NCBI GenBank assembly: GCA_963703315.1
Contig: OY969811.1
Span: 4,256,001 to 4,320,000, forward strand
Direction of reading: 5' to 3'
DNA length: 64,000 nt
Source of the DNA: an uncultured cyanobacterium
GTDB taxonomy: Bacteria > Cyanobacteriota > Cyanobacteriia > Pseudanabaenales > Pseudanabaenaceae
This document shows positions 48,700 through 59,692 of this stretch, one piece after another. The notes beneath the pieces were generated by a model. It worked only from the letters and a program-made list of their open reading frames with translations. It searched no databases and was not told the origin of the DNA. How positions within the stretch are numbered: position 1 is the first letter of the stretch; each line of letters starts with the position of its first letter. Made by a program: the position numbers and the translations under genes.

Positions 48700-49257
48700 A
48701 TGTCAGATCCTAACCCTGCCCAAATCTTGCAAAATCGTCTGAGCTATCACGGCAGCAAGTTTTCCTTTCATGTCGATCGCATTAAATTGCCCAATGGCGT
48801 TATTGGTGAATATTCTTATATCAAACATCCAGGGGCGGGGATGGCGGTTCCTATAACCGATGATGGAAAGTTTGTGTTAGTAAAGCAATATCGATTTGCA
48901 ATTCAACGCTACTTATTAGAATTTCCTGCGGGAACCTTAGAAGTTGGTGAAGAGCATGATGTGACGATTAAGCGAGAAATTGAGGAAGAAACTGGCTATA
49001 GTGCAAGTAAATGGCAGTATCTTGGAGGTTTCTATATTTGCCCCGGATATTCTGATGAGATTATTCATACCTATTTGGCACAAGACTTAACGAAATTAGA
49101 AAATCCACCTGCTCAAGATGAAGATGAAGAGATAGAAGTAGTTCTACTCAGCCGTGAAGAAATTGAAGCGTTATTGCGATCGCCAAGTGCTGACACTAGC
49201 CTTGATGCTAAGTCTATTACCGCCTTTCATCTAGCTTTGCAAGCTTTATCGCTATAG
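48700..49257 (+). CDS. NUDIX hydrolase (ADP-ribose pyrophosphatase-like)
   Basis: HPGA, QYRFA, EFPAG..E..REIEEETG; start at MSDPN. Confidence 0.92.
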   Translation: MSDPNPAQILQNRLSYHGSKFSFHVDRIKLPNGVIGEYSYIKHPGAGMAVPITDDGKFVLVKQYRFAIQRYLLEFPAGTLEVGEEHDVTIKREIEEETGYSASKWQYLGGFYICPGYSDEIIHTYLAQDLTKLENPPAQDEDEEIEVVLLSREEIEALLRSPSADTSLDAKSITAFHLALQALSL

Positions 49258-49374
49258 ACAGGATTATTTACCCGCCGAAGGCGGGTAAATAATCCTGTCT
49301 ACCTCTCTTGCTTTGCTATAGCTAGTGAATAATTAGTGGTGCGCGGCGGAGCCGCGCACCACTAATTATTCACT
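49253..49374. repeat. Two adjacent palindromes (family A-related core and GCGCGGC core)
   Basis: tagacaggattatttacccgcc-gaa-ggcgggtaaataatcctgtcta and agtgaataattagtggtgcgcggc-gga-gccgcgcaccactaattattcact. Confidence 0.75.
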
Positions 49375-50185
49375 TCAAAGTTAAAAATTTCTCAAGTGCC
49401 GTAACCAAAGATGGGGGCCATCGACGAATATTTTTGACCCAATTGATATCCTGATAACGCGGATCAAGATTGGCGACCGATACCCAATTACTCTCTGCTT
49501 CACCTTGCTTTTTATCAGCCCAAAGTGCCGCAGTCAAGGCAGCGCGAACATCCGTGAAGTTAGGATATTTGCGTAATATATTCTTCATCGCTTTAATCGC
49601 TGGATCGGTGTTGCCATTTTGAGAACCGACTTCATACAAGGCGATCGCATTATTCCCAAAGGCAGTACTAAAGCGCGAGTTAACATTCATTGCGGTTTGA
49701 TAATCAGCGATCGCCTCTTGCCATTTACCTAAACCTGCCTTAGCATTGCCCCGATTGTTATAGGCAGCAGCATCTTTAGGATCAAGTTCTAAAACGCGAT
49801 CGTAATCAGCGATCGCCTCTTGCCATTTACCTAAACTTTCTAATGCAGTACCCCGATTGAGATAGGGATCGGGATAATTGGGTGCAAGCTCTACGGACTT
49901 GTTGTAGTCTCCGAGGGCTTCCTGAGGGCGATTTTGACTCATCCTTGAGTTACCGCGATTGCTCCAACCTGCGGCATTTTCTGGATAGAGGTTAATCAAA
50001 TCTGTCCAATAGCCTTCCGCCTCTGTAAAGTCACCTGCATCAGTCGCATCAAAGGCTTTTTTTACCAGTGTATCGAGTTGAGTGGCTTCTGCCTCGGTAA
50101 TGTTTAGTTGTGCCTGTGCAGGGGCGATCGCCGCAGGATGAAATAGTAAAAATAAAACCAGAAAAATTGCAAATATCGAACGCAT
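49370..50185 (-). CDS. Secreted TPR protein
   Basis: Signal peptide; WSNRGN, YLNRG, YNNRGN TPRs; RRWPP tail. Confidence 0.9.
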   Translation of the reverse strand: MRSIFAIFLVLFLLFHPAAIAPAQAQLNITEAEATQLDTLVKKAFDATDAGDFTEAEGYWTDLINLYPENAAGWSNRGNSRMSQNRPQEALGDYNKSVELAPNYPDPYLNRGTALESLGKWQEAIADYDRVLELDPKDAAAYNNRGNAKAGLGKWQEAIADYQTAMNVNSRFSTAFGNNAIALYEVGSQNGNTDPAIKAMKNILRKYPNFTDVRAALTAALWADKKQGEAESNWVSVANLDPRYQDINWVKNIRRWPPSLVTALEKFLTLK

Positions 50186-50361
50186 TGATATGTAATCCGT
50201 GGGCTATATCTAACTAAAAGGTAAAAGTTATCCAGTTGATTTATGATATCAATAAGTGATATCTTTGGGCTGCCAAAATGTTACTAAGCTAAATTCTTGA
50301 ATGATAAATAGACGCAACTCAACATATAAAGCGGTTATAAAACTTTGAGTACCATCAAAAT

Positions 50362-50709
50362 ATGAGCATTATTACTTATAAAGGATATACAGGGAAAATT
50401 GAAGTTGATATCGAGTCAGCTATTTTGCATGGTCGAATTTTAGATATTAACGATGTAATTACATTTCAAGGAAAAACTATTGAAGAGGCAACACAGGATT
50501 TTAGAGATAGTGTCGATGACTATTTAGAGTTTTGTGCAGAAATGGGCAAAGAGCCAGAGAAGCCTTATTCTGGCAAGCTTCCTTTTCGTACAACTCCTGA
50601 CCATCATAAACTGATTTCCCTCGCGGCAAAACAAGCAGATAAAAGTATTAATGCTTGGATGGATGAGGTACTAACTATGACAGCTAAAAAAAATCTGAAT
50701 GTTAATTAA
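50362..50709 (+). CDS. hicB: HicB family antitoxin (no HicA partner seen)
   Basis: YKGYTG, DVITFQG, F.DSVDDYLEFC...G.EPEKPYSGK, SINAW. Confidence 0.88.
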   Translation: MSIITYKGYTGKIEVDIESAILHGRILDINDVITFQGKTIEEATQDFRDSVDDYLEFCAEMGKEPEKPYSGKLPFRTTPDHHKLISLAAKQADKSINAWMDEVLTMTAKKNLNVN

Positions 50710-51188
50710 GCGCTTGGTTGAATCGTGATGTTGCCTCGCATTCCTGCTTCGGCGTGACCAGCGATCGCGCAGTGCAGTTCATAAGTACCTGATTTAATTG
50801 GTACGAAAGTCCATTCGGCGGTAGTGTTGGGGCGTAATTCTAGTTCGCGGATACTGCCCTTAATTTCGACATTGCCCGCCACGACATTTTGTGTCCAGAC
50901 TGCATCGGCAAAATCTTTGCTGGTGAAATAATGCTTCATGCCGCTAGGATTGCTCAGCACTAGTTTGTAACGTTTACCAGATTCAAAAGTAAAGCGATCG
51001 GGAATGAACTTTAGTTCATTAGCGGTATTGCTAAGACTGACGTTGACGGCGATCGCCTGTTGTTTGGTGAAATCAACTGATGATGCGTTTTTGGTGTTAA
51101 CTGGTGCAGCGATCGCGAGATTGGGGCTAATCAGCATCCAAAAAATGCCCAATATGGCGATTAGCAAAGTTTGCAAGGTACGGTGCAT
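50706..51188 (-). CDS. Cupredoxin-domain protein
   Basis: Signal peptide; KHYF; C..GHAEAGM copper-site pattern. Confidence 0.88.
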   Translation of the reverse strand: MHRTLQTLLIAILGIFWMLISPNLAIAAPVNTKNASSVDFTKQQAIAVNVSLSNTANELKFIPDRFTFESGKRYKLVLSNPSGMKHYFTSKDFADAVWTQNVVAGNVEIKGSIRELELRPNTTAEWTFVPIKSGTYELHCAIAGHAEAGMRGNITIQPSA

Positions 51189-51239
51189 AATATTCCTCTT
51201 ACTTCCAAAAAGAAGGGTGCTTTAGCACCCTTCTCTAAT

Positions 51240-52016
<777 letters not shown>

Positions 52017-52085
52017 TTATTGATTTTGGATGGTTTGTACTTTGCTTTGTGCCACACAAACTATCAACTTATGTAAATGTAAGCT

Positions 52086-52180
52086 TATAGCGTTTCACAG
52101 TCTAGTGAAGTACGGGATTGTTTCCCCGCCGAAGGCGGGGAAACAATCCTCTGCATCTTGTTTAGTTCAAAAGCGCTATA
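52086..52180. mobile_element. MITE-like element family A (uninterrupted copy)
   Basis: TATAGCG..CGCTATA ends; reverse complement matches 11544-11736 once insert B is removed. Confidence 0.72.
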
Positions 52181-52350
52181 TAACAATCTTAAAGCGCAAT
52201 CGCTAAGTAAATCGGCATTGATCAAACCCCAAATATATCTCTGACGTGCGCCAGAGATATTTGGTAATTCAGCCTACTTATTTAGAGCGCAAACTCGATC
52301 TCAGTCCTTTGTTCAGAGAAACAAGACATTAATTTAAACTTTAAGAAGAG

Positions 52351-52551
52351 GTGATCACTGTGAACAGCATCAATAGCAATAGCAATATCAATATCAATAA
52401 TCCTTATGTAAATAATCGCAAATTTCGCCATATCAGCATGGGATGGATTGGTTACTGCGTGAACATTTCAGGCAAGGATGCCTATTTATTTATCCCCGAA
52501 CAAGATCGGATTGCTTGTGTTGGTATCGGTGAACTTGTAGAGATTCGTTAA
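52351..52551 (+). CDS. Small hypothetical protein
   Basis: 66-aa ORF with GAGG upstream and a hairpin right at its stop; start uncertain. Confidence 0.5.
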   Translation: MITVNSINSNSNININNPYVNNRKFRHISMGWIGYCVNISGKDAYLFIPEQDRIACVGIGELVEIR

Positions 52552-52702
52552 TAGCAAAACTAAAAATGGCTACGCCATTTTTAGTTTTGCTATTAGTGAT
52601 TCGTGGCTTTGTAGCGCATCACTAAATTATTCACTGGGAAAGGAGTAACTGGCGATCGCAATTTAGAATTAATCCCATAGAAAGTTAGAGTGAAGAAGCA
52701 AA

Positions 52703-53383
52703 ATGTACGTCCTTATTGGTGGTGCAGGTATGATGGGTCGCGACTTGGCAAAGAACTTGCTGCACAGTTCACACACGATCGCCGTCATCGATACTGATCC
52801 CCTTGCCTGTCGCTATGCGCGTGAAAAAATTGGTGTCATGGCTTTTGAGGGTAGTGCAGTCAATACGACTGTGTTAATAGAATCAGGAATTCGTAAGGCT
52901 AGTGCCGTAATCGCTACCCTGAGAGAAGATGCGCTTAATCTAGCTTTGGTGACTCTATCCAAACATTACGGCGTGCCGCAAATTATTGTGCGAATGAGCG
53001 ACTCGGACTTTGCCGAACCCTATCAACTCGCAGGTGCAACCCATATCATTAGCACCATTGAATTAGCAAATAATCGAATTGTCAATGCGATCGAATATCC
53101 TCAAGTTGATGCAATGATGCACTTTGAGCAGGAACAGATTGAAGTACTCAAACTTTCTATTCCACAAAATTGTTATGTGGTGGGCAAGAGTGTGGCAGAA
53201 GTTGCCCAAGACTCGCAATTTCCCTCAGGAACATTAATTATTGGCTATCAGGCTCATCCCCATGAGGATTTGATTATTCCTAATGGTAATACTGTTCTAG
53301 AGAGTGGTTCTACAATTTTAGCGGTCACAAAGCCAAACCTTGTCAAACAACTCATTAACTTTATCGGTCTATGTTCTGCTTAG
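52703..53383 (+). CDS. TrkA/KtrA family RCK regulatory protein
   Basis: IGGAGMMG Rossmann motif, TrkA_N + TrkA_C (IPNGNTVL). Confidence 0.9.
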   Translation: MYVLIGGAGMMGRDLAKNLLHSSHTIAVIDTDPLACRYAREKIGVMAFEGSAVNTTVLIESGIRKASAVIATLREDALNLALVTLSKHYGVPQIIVRMSDSDFAEPYQLAGATHIISTIELANNRIVNAIEYPQVDAMMHFEQEQIEVLKLSIPQNCYVVGKSVAEVAQDSQFPSGTLIIGYQAHPHEDLIIPNGNTVLESGSTILAVTKPNLVKQLINFIGLCSA

Positions 53384-53435
53384 TTCCGCACAGCAATTTT
53401 TTGGAGCGCGGCTACGCCGCACTCCAAAAAATTGC

Positions 53436-55058
53436 TTAATCATCTTTAAGATTGAACAGTCTTTCATCAAGGTCTTGAATGTAAGACTGAGCCAAATCTT
53501 CTGGAAGCAAGCCTTTAAAAATGGCATCGTTAACGGCTCCCTTTTCAGCGAGGTAAAGGCGGCGGCGTAACCCATCTAATAGGTTTTGTTCTTCGATATC
53601 GTTGGATATGTAATTAATCCTTTGATTGTAAAATTCTCGTAGTTCTTTTTCAGAGGTGGCAATTCGTGCTTGATAGGATGCAAATAGCTCCTCATACAGA
53701 AATTTCGGCAAGCTTCCAGATTGTAAAAGATTCTTCAATTCCTCCTGCGCGGCTTTCGCGGCAATCAGATTGAGTTGTAAAGCTTGAATTTTTTGGCGAG
53801 TTGGTGAAGGTTTAGACAATTGCAACCATCTAACTAAAGAGGTGAGACTCAAGCCCTGAGATACTAGCGACACAAATACAGTACTAAATACAAGCGCAAT
53901 CATCTGCATCCGATCAGGTAAGGTGAAAGGCAAACTAATCGCTAATGCCATCGAAAGAGAACCTTTGACATTCCCAAAGATCAAAATATGCTGCCACTTT
54001 AAGGGTAGCGATCGCTCAAATATCCGCAAAATCCAGAGTAATGGATAAATAGCAAAGCTGCGCCCAATCTGATAAGCCAATATAACAAAAAGCGCAGTGG
54101 GAATTAATCCTAAGAGAACTGGAGAATCGATTTCGATACCCACAAATAAGAAAATAAAGGTGTTAACGCCAAAGCCTGCATATTCCCAAAAGTTGAGTAA
54201 CGTTACTTTGCTAGAGGCAGAAGTTGTGCGAAAACCCAGATTGCCAATCACCAGTCCTGCAATCACGACAGCGATCGCACTAGATACTCCCAAAATATTA
54301 CCAATTTGAAAAGTTCCTAGAGATACAGCAACAGTAAGCAACATTTTGCTGAGAGAATCATCCAATTGTCGAAACAGACCAATACATAAATATCCCAAGC
54401 CTAATCCGAGAACACTACCTCCCACACAGGCAATAAAGATTTGCGTAATGCCGCCAACAATCGAAAATGAACCTTGCAGATGAACACTCGTTACCAAACT
54501 CAGTAATACGAGGGCTACCCCATCATTAAACAGACTTTCGCCTTCAACAATTGTCGCTAATCGGCTAGGTACGGATACATTTCTGAAAGTAGCAATAACA
54601 GAAACAGTATCAGTTGGTGCTAAGACCACGCCAACAGCACAGGCGGTAATCCATTCCAAACCTAAACCAAACTTGAGCAGAGCTGATGTAATTGTGGCGG
54701 AGATGATCACCCCAGGTCCTGCCAATAATAGAATCGTCTTGATTGTGCCGCGTAGTCGGCTGACATCAGTATTAATTGATGCTTCAAAAATCAAGATTGG
54801 CAGAAACAAATTCAAAATCACATCAGGATTTAACCCAATCGAGTGGGGTAATGCTTGCTTAGGAATGGCTAAACCCGCTAGTACCAACCCAATTACATAG
54901 GGAATCCGCAACCAACGTGTAACAAGAGCAACTACAGTTGCGACTAAGAGCAGCAGAATTAATGTGCTTACTAGTCCTGTAAATTCTCCAGAATGCGCTC
55001 CAGTCGCTTGTGCTGACGGTAAGTTGCTCAGTAAACTTGTCAGTAAAAAGTTAGTCAC
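53436..55058 (-). CDS. CPA1 family Na+/H+ antiporter
   Basis: FLPILIFEA, PTDTVSV, VEGESLFNDG, FWEY. Confidence 0.93.
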   Translation of the reverse strand: MTNFLLTSLLSNLPSAQATGAHSGEFTGLVSTLILLLLVATVVALVTRWLRIPYVIGLVLAGLAIPKQALPHSIGLNPDVILNLFLPILIFEASINTDVSRLRGTIKTILLLAGPGVIISATITSALLKFGLGLEWITACAVGVVLAPTDTVSVIATFRNVSVPSRLATIVEGESLFNDGVALVLLSLVTSVHLQGSFSIVGGITQIFIACVGGSVLGLGLGYLCIGLFRQLDDSLSKMLLTVAVSLGTFQIGNILGVSSAIAVVIAGLVIGNLGFRTTSASSKVTLLNFWEYAGFGVNTFIFLFVGIEIDSPVLLGLIPTALFVILAYQIGRSFAIYPLLWILRIFERSLPLKWQHILIFGNVKGSLSMALAISLPFTLPDRMQMIALVFSTVFVSLVSQGLSLTSLVRWLQLSKPSPTRQKIQALQLNLIAAKAAQEELKNLLQSGSLPKFLYEELFASYQARIATSEKELREFYNQRINYISNDIEEQNLLDGLRRRLYLAEKGAVNDAIFKGLLPEDLAQSYIQDLDERLFNLKDD

Positions 55059-55079
55059 GATGTTCTTATTCTTTTCCCA

Positions 55080-55327
55080 GTAAGTAAGTTAGTGATGCGC
55101 GGCGGAGCCGCGCATCACTAACTTACTTACCTTATACCAACTCAAAACCTCACTAGAAATCTCATATAAAAATCCAAAACCTGTGGCGCACGCGCAGCGT
55201 GCGCCACAGGTTTTGGATTTTAATTATGTCCAGATACTTAGTTGCGTGTATAGCAAAGCAATTTAAGACATAAAACCCAAAAGAGAGTTGCAGCGCGGAG
55301 CGCTGCAACTCTCTTTTGGGTTTTATG
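55080..55327. repeat. Cluster of three long palindromic repeats
   Basis: Hairpins at about 55080-55130, 55168-55221 and 55270-55327, each with a GC core and AT-rich perfect arms. Confidence 0.8.
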
Positions 55328-55543
55328 CCCTATGCCTTAAGGAATGTCTTGGTATGGTTTTGGCAGATTTGAGAAATTTAAAATAAATTTAACAAATTAA
55401 TAAAAAGCTGAAAAAGGCTGTCAATCATTGCGATCGCTCTATTACAAGCATCAAAAAAGCAGTTTGATTTTGTCATCTTAGCTTCTTGACGTTTATAGGA
55501 ACTTTGCGTCAAACTGTTTAGTAATTAACTAACTAGAACCATC

Positions 55544-55777
55544 ATGGAAACTCTGGAATTCATTATTTACCCAGATGGTCGAGTCGAAGAACGGGTCACA
55601 GGCATAGTCGGTTCTAGTTGTGCTGAGGTGACAGCGGCGATCGAAGCAAAATTAGGGATAGTTGCTCATCGCGAGTTAACTTCCGAAAATTTTGCTCAAC
55701 AGCAACTCACATCTCAGTCAACTACGCAATTCGATCGTGTGTCAGATGTGGACGCTTCTAGATTTAGTCAATGGTAA
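55544..55777 (+). CDS. DUF2997 family protein
   Basis: METLEFIIYPDGRV.E.VTGIVGSSC.EVTAAIE. Confidence 0.88.
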   Translation: METLEFIIYPDGRVEERVTGIVGSSCAEVTAAIEAKLGIVAHRELTSENFAQQQLTSQSTTQFDRVSDVDASRFSQW

Positions 55778-55879
55778 TAAAGACTTGAAAATCCAAGTTT
55801 TCGACAGATTATCAATAAATTAAAAGACTAATTAAGTTTTCCGTCCCTTTCCCCTTAGATCGCAGTCAGGATAAACCCT

Positions 55880-56266
55880 ATGTCACATTTTAGCCAAGTC
55901 AAAACCCAAATCCGTAGTTTAGAACCATTGCAAAAGGCGCTAACTGATTTAGGAGTCAACTGGAAGTCAGGTGAGTCACCTATGCGTGGTCATCAAGGTG
56001 CTACCACTGAGGCTGAAGTGGTAATTGCCCAAGACAATGGTTATGATGTCGGCTTTCAGTGGAATGGCTCTGAATATGCCCTCGTTGCGGATATGCAGTT
56101 TTGGCAACAGTCTTGGACGGTGGAAAGCTTTTTGCAAAAGGTGACTCAGCGCTACGCGATCGCCACCGTCATGAGTGAATCTAGCAATCAAGGTTTTGCT
56201 TTGTCTGAGCAACAAGTCCGTGAAGATGGCTCAGTTCGCCTAGTTCTCCAACGTTGGCATGGATAA
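55880..56266 (+). CDS. ycf35: Ycf35 (DUF1257) protein
   Basis: MSHFSQVKTQIR, Q.NGYDVGF.WNG.EY.LVAD, LVLQRW. Confidence 0.9.
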   Translation: MSHFSQVKTQIRSLEPLQKALTDLGVNWKSGESPMRGHQGATTEAEVVIAQDNGYDVGFQWNGSEYALVADMQFWQQSWTVESFLQKVTQRYAIATVMSESSNQGFALSEQQVREDGSVRLVLQRWHG

Positions 56267-56657
56267 TTTATCGACACATACTGTGACCTTAACCAGTTCA
56301 GAGTCAGAGATCAGCGATCGCACTGGCTTTGAACCAGAACTTGGCGGCGACTTACGGCAAAACGCAGTTTTTGTTGACGAAACAGTATGTATCGGTTGTG
56401 GACATTGCGCCCATACTGCCCGTAGTACTTTCTTTTTAGAGCAAGAATATGGGCGTGCTAGGGTGATTGCCCAAGATGGTGATGATGAAGACTTAGTGCA
56501 AGAGGCGATCGATACTTGTCCCGTTGACTGTATTGCTTGGGTAAACTACAACGATCTCAACAAGCTCGAAGAAGCAAGAAAGCATCAAGTTATTAAAAAT
56601 ATCGGCATTACGGGTATTGGTGCATCTGCAAAACGTGACAGCATTCCCAGAAATTAA
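56259..56657 (+). CDS. Ferredoxin (4Fe-4S single cluster)
   Basis: CIGCGHC...CPVDCI; follows DUF2997-ycf35. Confidence 0.9.
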   Translation: MDNLSTHTVTLTSSESEISDRTGFEPELGGDLRQNAVFVDETVCIGCGHCAHTARSTFFLEQEYGRARVIAQDGDDEDLVQEAIDTCPVDCIAWVNYNDLNKLEEARKHQVIKNIGITGIGASAKRDSIPRN

Positions 56658-56722
56658 AAGGGAGCGCTAAGCGCTCCCTTTTCGCAAAAAAGAGTCGGCA
56701 CAAAGTGCCGACTCTTTTTTAA

Positions 56723-57055
56723 TTAATAACGGTTGCGACCACCGCCGCCGCCAGAAGGACGACCACCGCCGCCCTTGAAGCCGCCTCTGCCGCCACCAAA
56801 GGAATCAGAACTTTCACGAGGCTTAGCCTTGTTCACTTTGAGTGAACGACCGAGCCATTCAGCTTCGTCGAGTGCTTCGATCGCGGCATCTTCTTCCTTT
56901 TCATCATTCATTTCCACGAATGCAAAACCGCGTGGGCGACCTGACTCGCGATCAATAGGGAGATGAACTCGTGTGATTTTGCCATATTCAGCAAATACAC
57001 CTTTTAAATCATCTTCTGTAACCTCATAAGAGAGGTTACCAACATAAATAGACAT
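56723..57055 (-). CDS. rbp: RRM RNA-binding protein with Gly-rich tail
   Basis: MSIYVGNLSY (RNP2), RGFAFVEM (RNP1), KVNKAKPRE. Confidence 0.95.
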   Translation of the reverse strand: MSIYVGNLSYEVTEDDLKGVFAEYGKITRVHLPIDRESGRPRGFAFVEMNDEKEEDAAIEALDEAEWLGRSLKVNKAKPRESSDSFGGGRGGFKGGGGRPSGGGGGRNRY

Positions 57056-57155
57056 AATACTTGCTTCAACAATCAGAGATGTGTAGAGATAGAGATTTCG
57101 GAAAGAAGCCTGCCACGATGAAACAGAAGACAACTGTCAATACTGAAAACAAACA
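57056..57155 (-). promoter_or_regulatory. Conserved rbp 5'-UTR boxes
   Basis: Minus-strand TTTGTTTTCAGT (57142-57153) and TTTCCGAA (57097-57104) resemble boxes described upstream of cold-inducible cyanobacterial rbp genes. Confidence 0.6.
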
Positions 57156-57565
57156 TACGATCAAGAAATACTCATCCGCGTATATTCTAGCGCAGTCATC
57201 TTAAATTAGTTAATTATCTGCAAAATATTTACGCTTTCTAATTAGAAAAGTTAATTGAATGATGGCAGAAGGTAAACTGGTCTGTAGGATTCAGGATCTG
57301 TCAATATTTTTAATTAATTTATGTGAAACAAAAAAGTAGTAGATGATACTATGTTTCTTAAAAATAAACCAAAGAAGGAAAATTTGAACTGGCGATCGCT
57401 TTCTCTGGAAAATCATTCATAAAAGAAAGAATATGCAATATATAAGGATATCGCCATTGATATTTAGGATAACCCCCAAATAGAAAGAATCTTCTAATTA
57501 CTTAGCAATCAAGTAATTATACCAAAACCCTAAAACCTGTAGCGTGCGCTACAGGTTTTAGGGTT

Positions 57566-58087
57566 TTATTTAGTCGAAATAAGTACTTTTACTGGTGATG
57601 ATGTCTCAACATCCATAGATAAAACTTTGGCTAATACATGATCTATAGCTGTATCGATCGCATATTTACCACCACCATAAATCATAAAAAAGGCAAAAGA
57701 GGCGGCATAAATTGACGATAGCTCAATGGATGGAATTGAAAATCCACCAATCAGGATGTGGTGATAGTTGGCAACTAACATGGTGGCAAACAAGCCTAAA
57801 GCGGCGGGTCTCGTTAAAAAACCTAAAATTAGTAAAGGTGAAGCCACTAACTCGGTAATTGCCGCGCAGTAAGCAAAGAAAATTGGAAATGGAATCCCGA
57901 TCGCCGCAACATAGGCTTCAGCAAATCCTGAAATGTCCGCAAGTTTGTCCAAACCGTTATGGATCATCACTGTTCCTAGGACAACCCTTAATAAAAGCAA
58001 TGAAGCTTGAGTTAGGGAAACGGGAAAAGTATTAGATCCTAAAATGAGGCGACCAATTGAAGCAGCAATTCTGACGGTGTTATTCAT
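57566..58087 (-). CDS. DoxX family membrane protein
   Basis: LLLRV..G.VM.HNGLDKL, LG.LTRPAALGL, G.GKYAID. Confidence 0.9.
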   Translation of the reverse strand: MNNTVRIAASIGRLILGSNTFPVSLTQASLLLLRVVLGTVMIHNGLDKLADISGFAEAYVAAIGIPFPIFFAYCAAITELVASPLLILGFLTRPAALGLFATMLVANYHHILIGGFSIPSIELSSIYAASFAFFMIYGGGKYAIDTAIDHVLAKVLSMDVETSSPVKVLISTK

Positions 58088-58225
58088 AACTGGTAAAATT
58101 TCTTAATAAAAATTAAAGTATCGAAATAACTTATAACTTAGATATATAAATCTTAACACAATTTTTATTGAGAGAATGTCATTACAGTCGCTAAATATGT
58201 GGTGTCGATCGCTGTTATGAAAAAA

Positions 58226-58310
58226 TATAGTTGCCACCTGTCTTGTTAGAACTTAAAACCCAAGAAGCGAGTGGCGGCGCTTCGCGCCGCCACTCGCTTC
58301 TTGGGTTTTG
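58226..58310. repeat. Family-B-related palindromic element
   Basis: aaaacccaagaagcgagtggcggcgc-ttc-gcgccgccactcgcttcttgggtttt. Confidence 0.7.
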
Positions 58311-58442
58311 TGCAAATGGCGAGAAACAAAAATTTAAGGGCGATCGCCATAAATTTGATTGTGTTACGATCGCAAAACAATATTTGTGTATTGCACCCAA
58401 CACTTACAACATCTATATCTAGATTTTTTTAGAGCAAAGCTT

Positions 58443-59531
58443 ATGTCCGCATTACCTGCAATTGCTGTTCTTGCGATTCTGATTTTGGTTCACGAACTCG
58501 GACACTTTATGGCAGCCCGCCTACAGGGTATCCATGTAAATCGATTTTCGATTGGGTTTGGACCAGTCCTCTGGAAATATCAGGGTAAGGAGACGGAATA
58601 TGCGCTGCGGGCAATTCCCCTCGGTGGTTATGTAGGCTTTCCTGATGATGACGAAGAAAGTGATATTCCTGCTGATGATCCTAACTTGATGAAAAACCGT
58701 CCTCTTATTGATCGCGCGATCGTGATCAGTGCAGGTGTCATCGCTAACTTCGTGTTTGCTTATCTCGTTTTATTAGTGATGACCTTGAGTGTGGGTATCG
58801 GCACTGTTGATCAAGCAGGCGTAAGAATTAGCAAAATCCTTGAACCCAATGCTCCTGCTGCGGTATCGGGTTTACAGGCTGGAGATGTGATCTTGTCAGC
58901 CAATGCCACTAAATTTGATACAAGTTTGACAACCCTAGATCGCTTCCAGTCCTTAATTGCTAAAAATGCCAATCAAACTGTAGATTTGCAGGTAATGCGC
59001 GATGGCAAACTGTTCCAAGTCCCCATCTTGCCCAATGGCGAATCTGGTAAAGGCAGAATTGGCGTAAGACTCGACTTTACTGGCAAGCCCCATCGTCGTG
59101 CTGTGCATAATATTGGTGAAGCTTTTGATAATGCCACTCAAAGTTTTGAGCGTCTCGTTGTCATGACGGTGCAAGGTTTAAAACAACTGGCTACTAATTT
59201 TCAAAATACGGCTTCTCAGTTATCAGGACCAGTCGCGATCGTGGCAATGGGTTCAGAACTAGTTAAGTCCGATGCGGCGGCATTGTTTGATTTCACGGCA
59301 ATTATCAGTATTAACCTCGCGATTATCAATATTTTGCCTTTGCCTGCCCTTGATGGTGGTCAATTAGTATTTTTAGCGATCGAGGCATTACGCGGCGGTA
59401 AGCCTTTGCCTGAAGAATTACAAAATAATGTCATGCAAGGTGGACTAGTTATTTTGCTGGGCTTAGGCGTAGTGATGATTTTTAAAGACTCATTTAACTT
59501 GCTCCAGCAAAGTGGTTTAAGTCCTTTGTAA
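58443..59531 (+). CDS. rseP: RIP metalloprotease RseP
   Basis: HELGH, FSIGFGP, PLGGYV, PDZ domain, NILPLPALDGG; start at MSALP. Confidence 0.95.
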   Translation: MSALPAIAVLAILILVHELGHFMAARLQGIHVNRFSIGFGPVLWKYQGKETEYALRAIPLGGYVGFPDDDEESDIPADDPNLMKNRPLIDRAIVISAGVIANFVFAYLVLLVMTLSVGIGTVDQAGVRISKILEPNAPAAVSGLQAGDVILSANATKFDTSLTTLDRFQSLIAKNANQTVDLQVMRDGKLFQVPILPNGESGKGRIGVRLDFTGKPHRRAVHNIGEAFDNATQSFERLVVMTVQGLKQLATNFQNTASQLSGPVAIVAMGSELVKSDAAALFDFTAIISINLAIINILPLPALDGGQLVFLAIEALRGGKPLPEELQNNVMQGGLVILLGLGVVMIFKDSFNLLQQSGLSPL

Positions 59532-59692
59532 CCAAAGCTTTTTACTAATCAAAATAAAGGCAGCACTTAGTGCTGCCTTTATTTTTGTATTTATGATCAC
59601 TCCAAGTGGTCATAAATACAAAGTTTTTTGACAAATTCGAGCATAATAGATAAAGAAATAATAAGTTTTTCGATCAACTCGATACATCACCC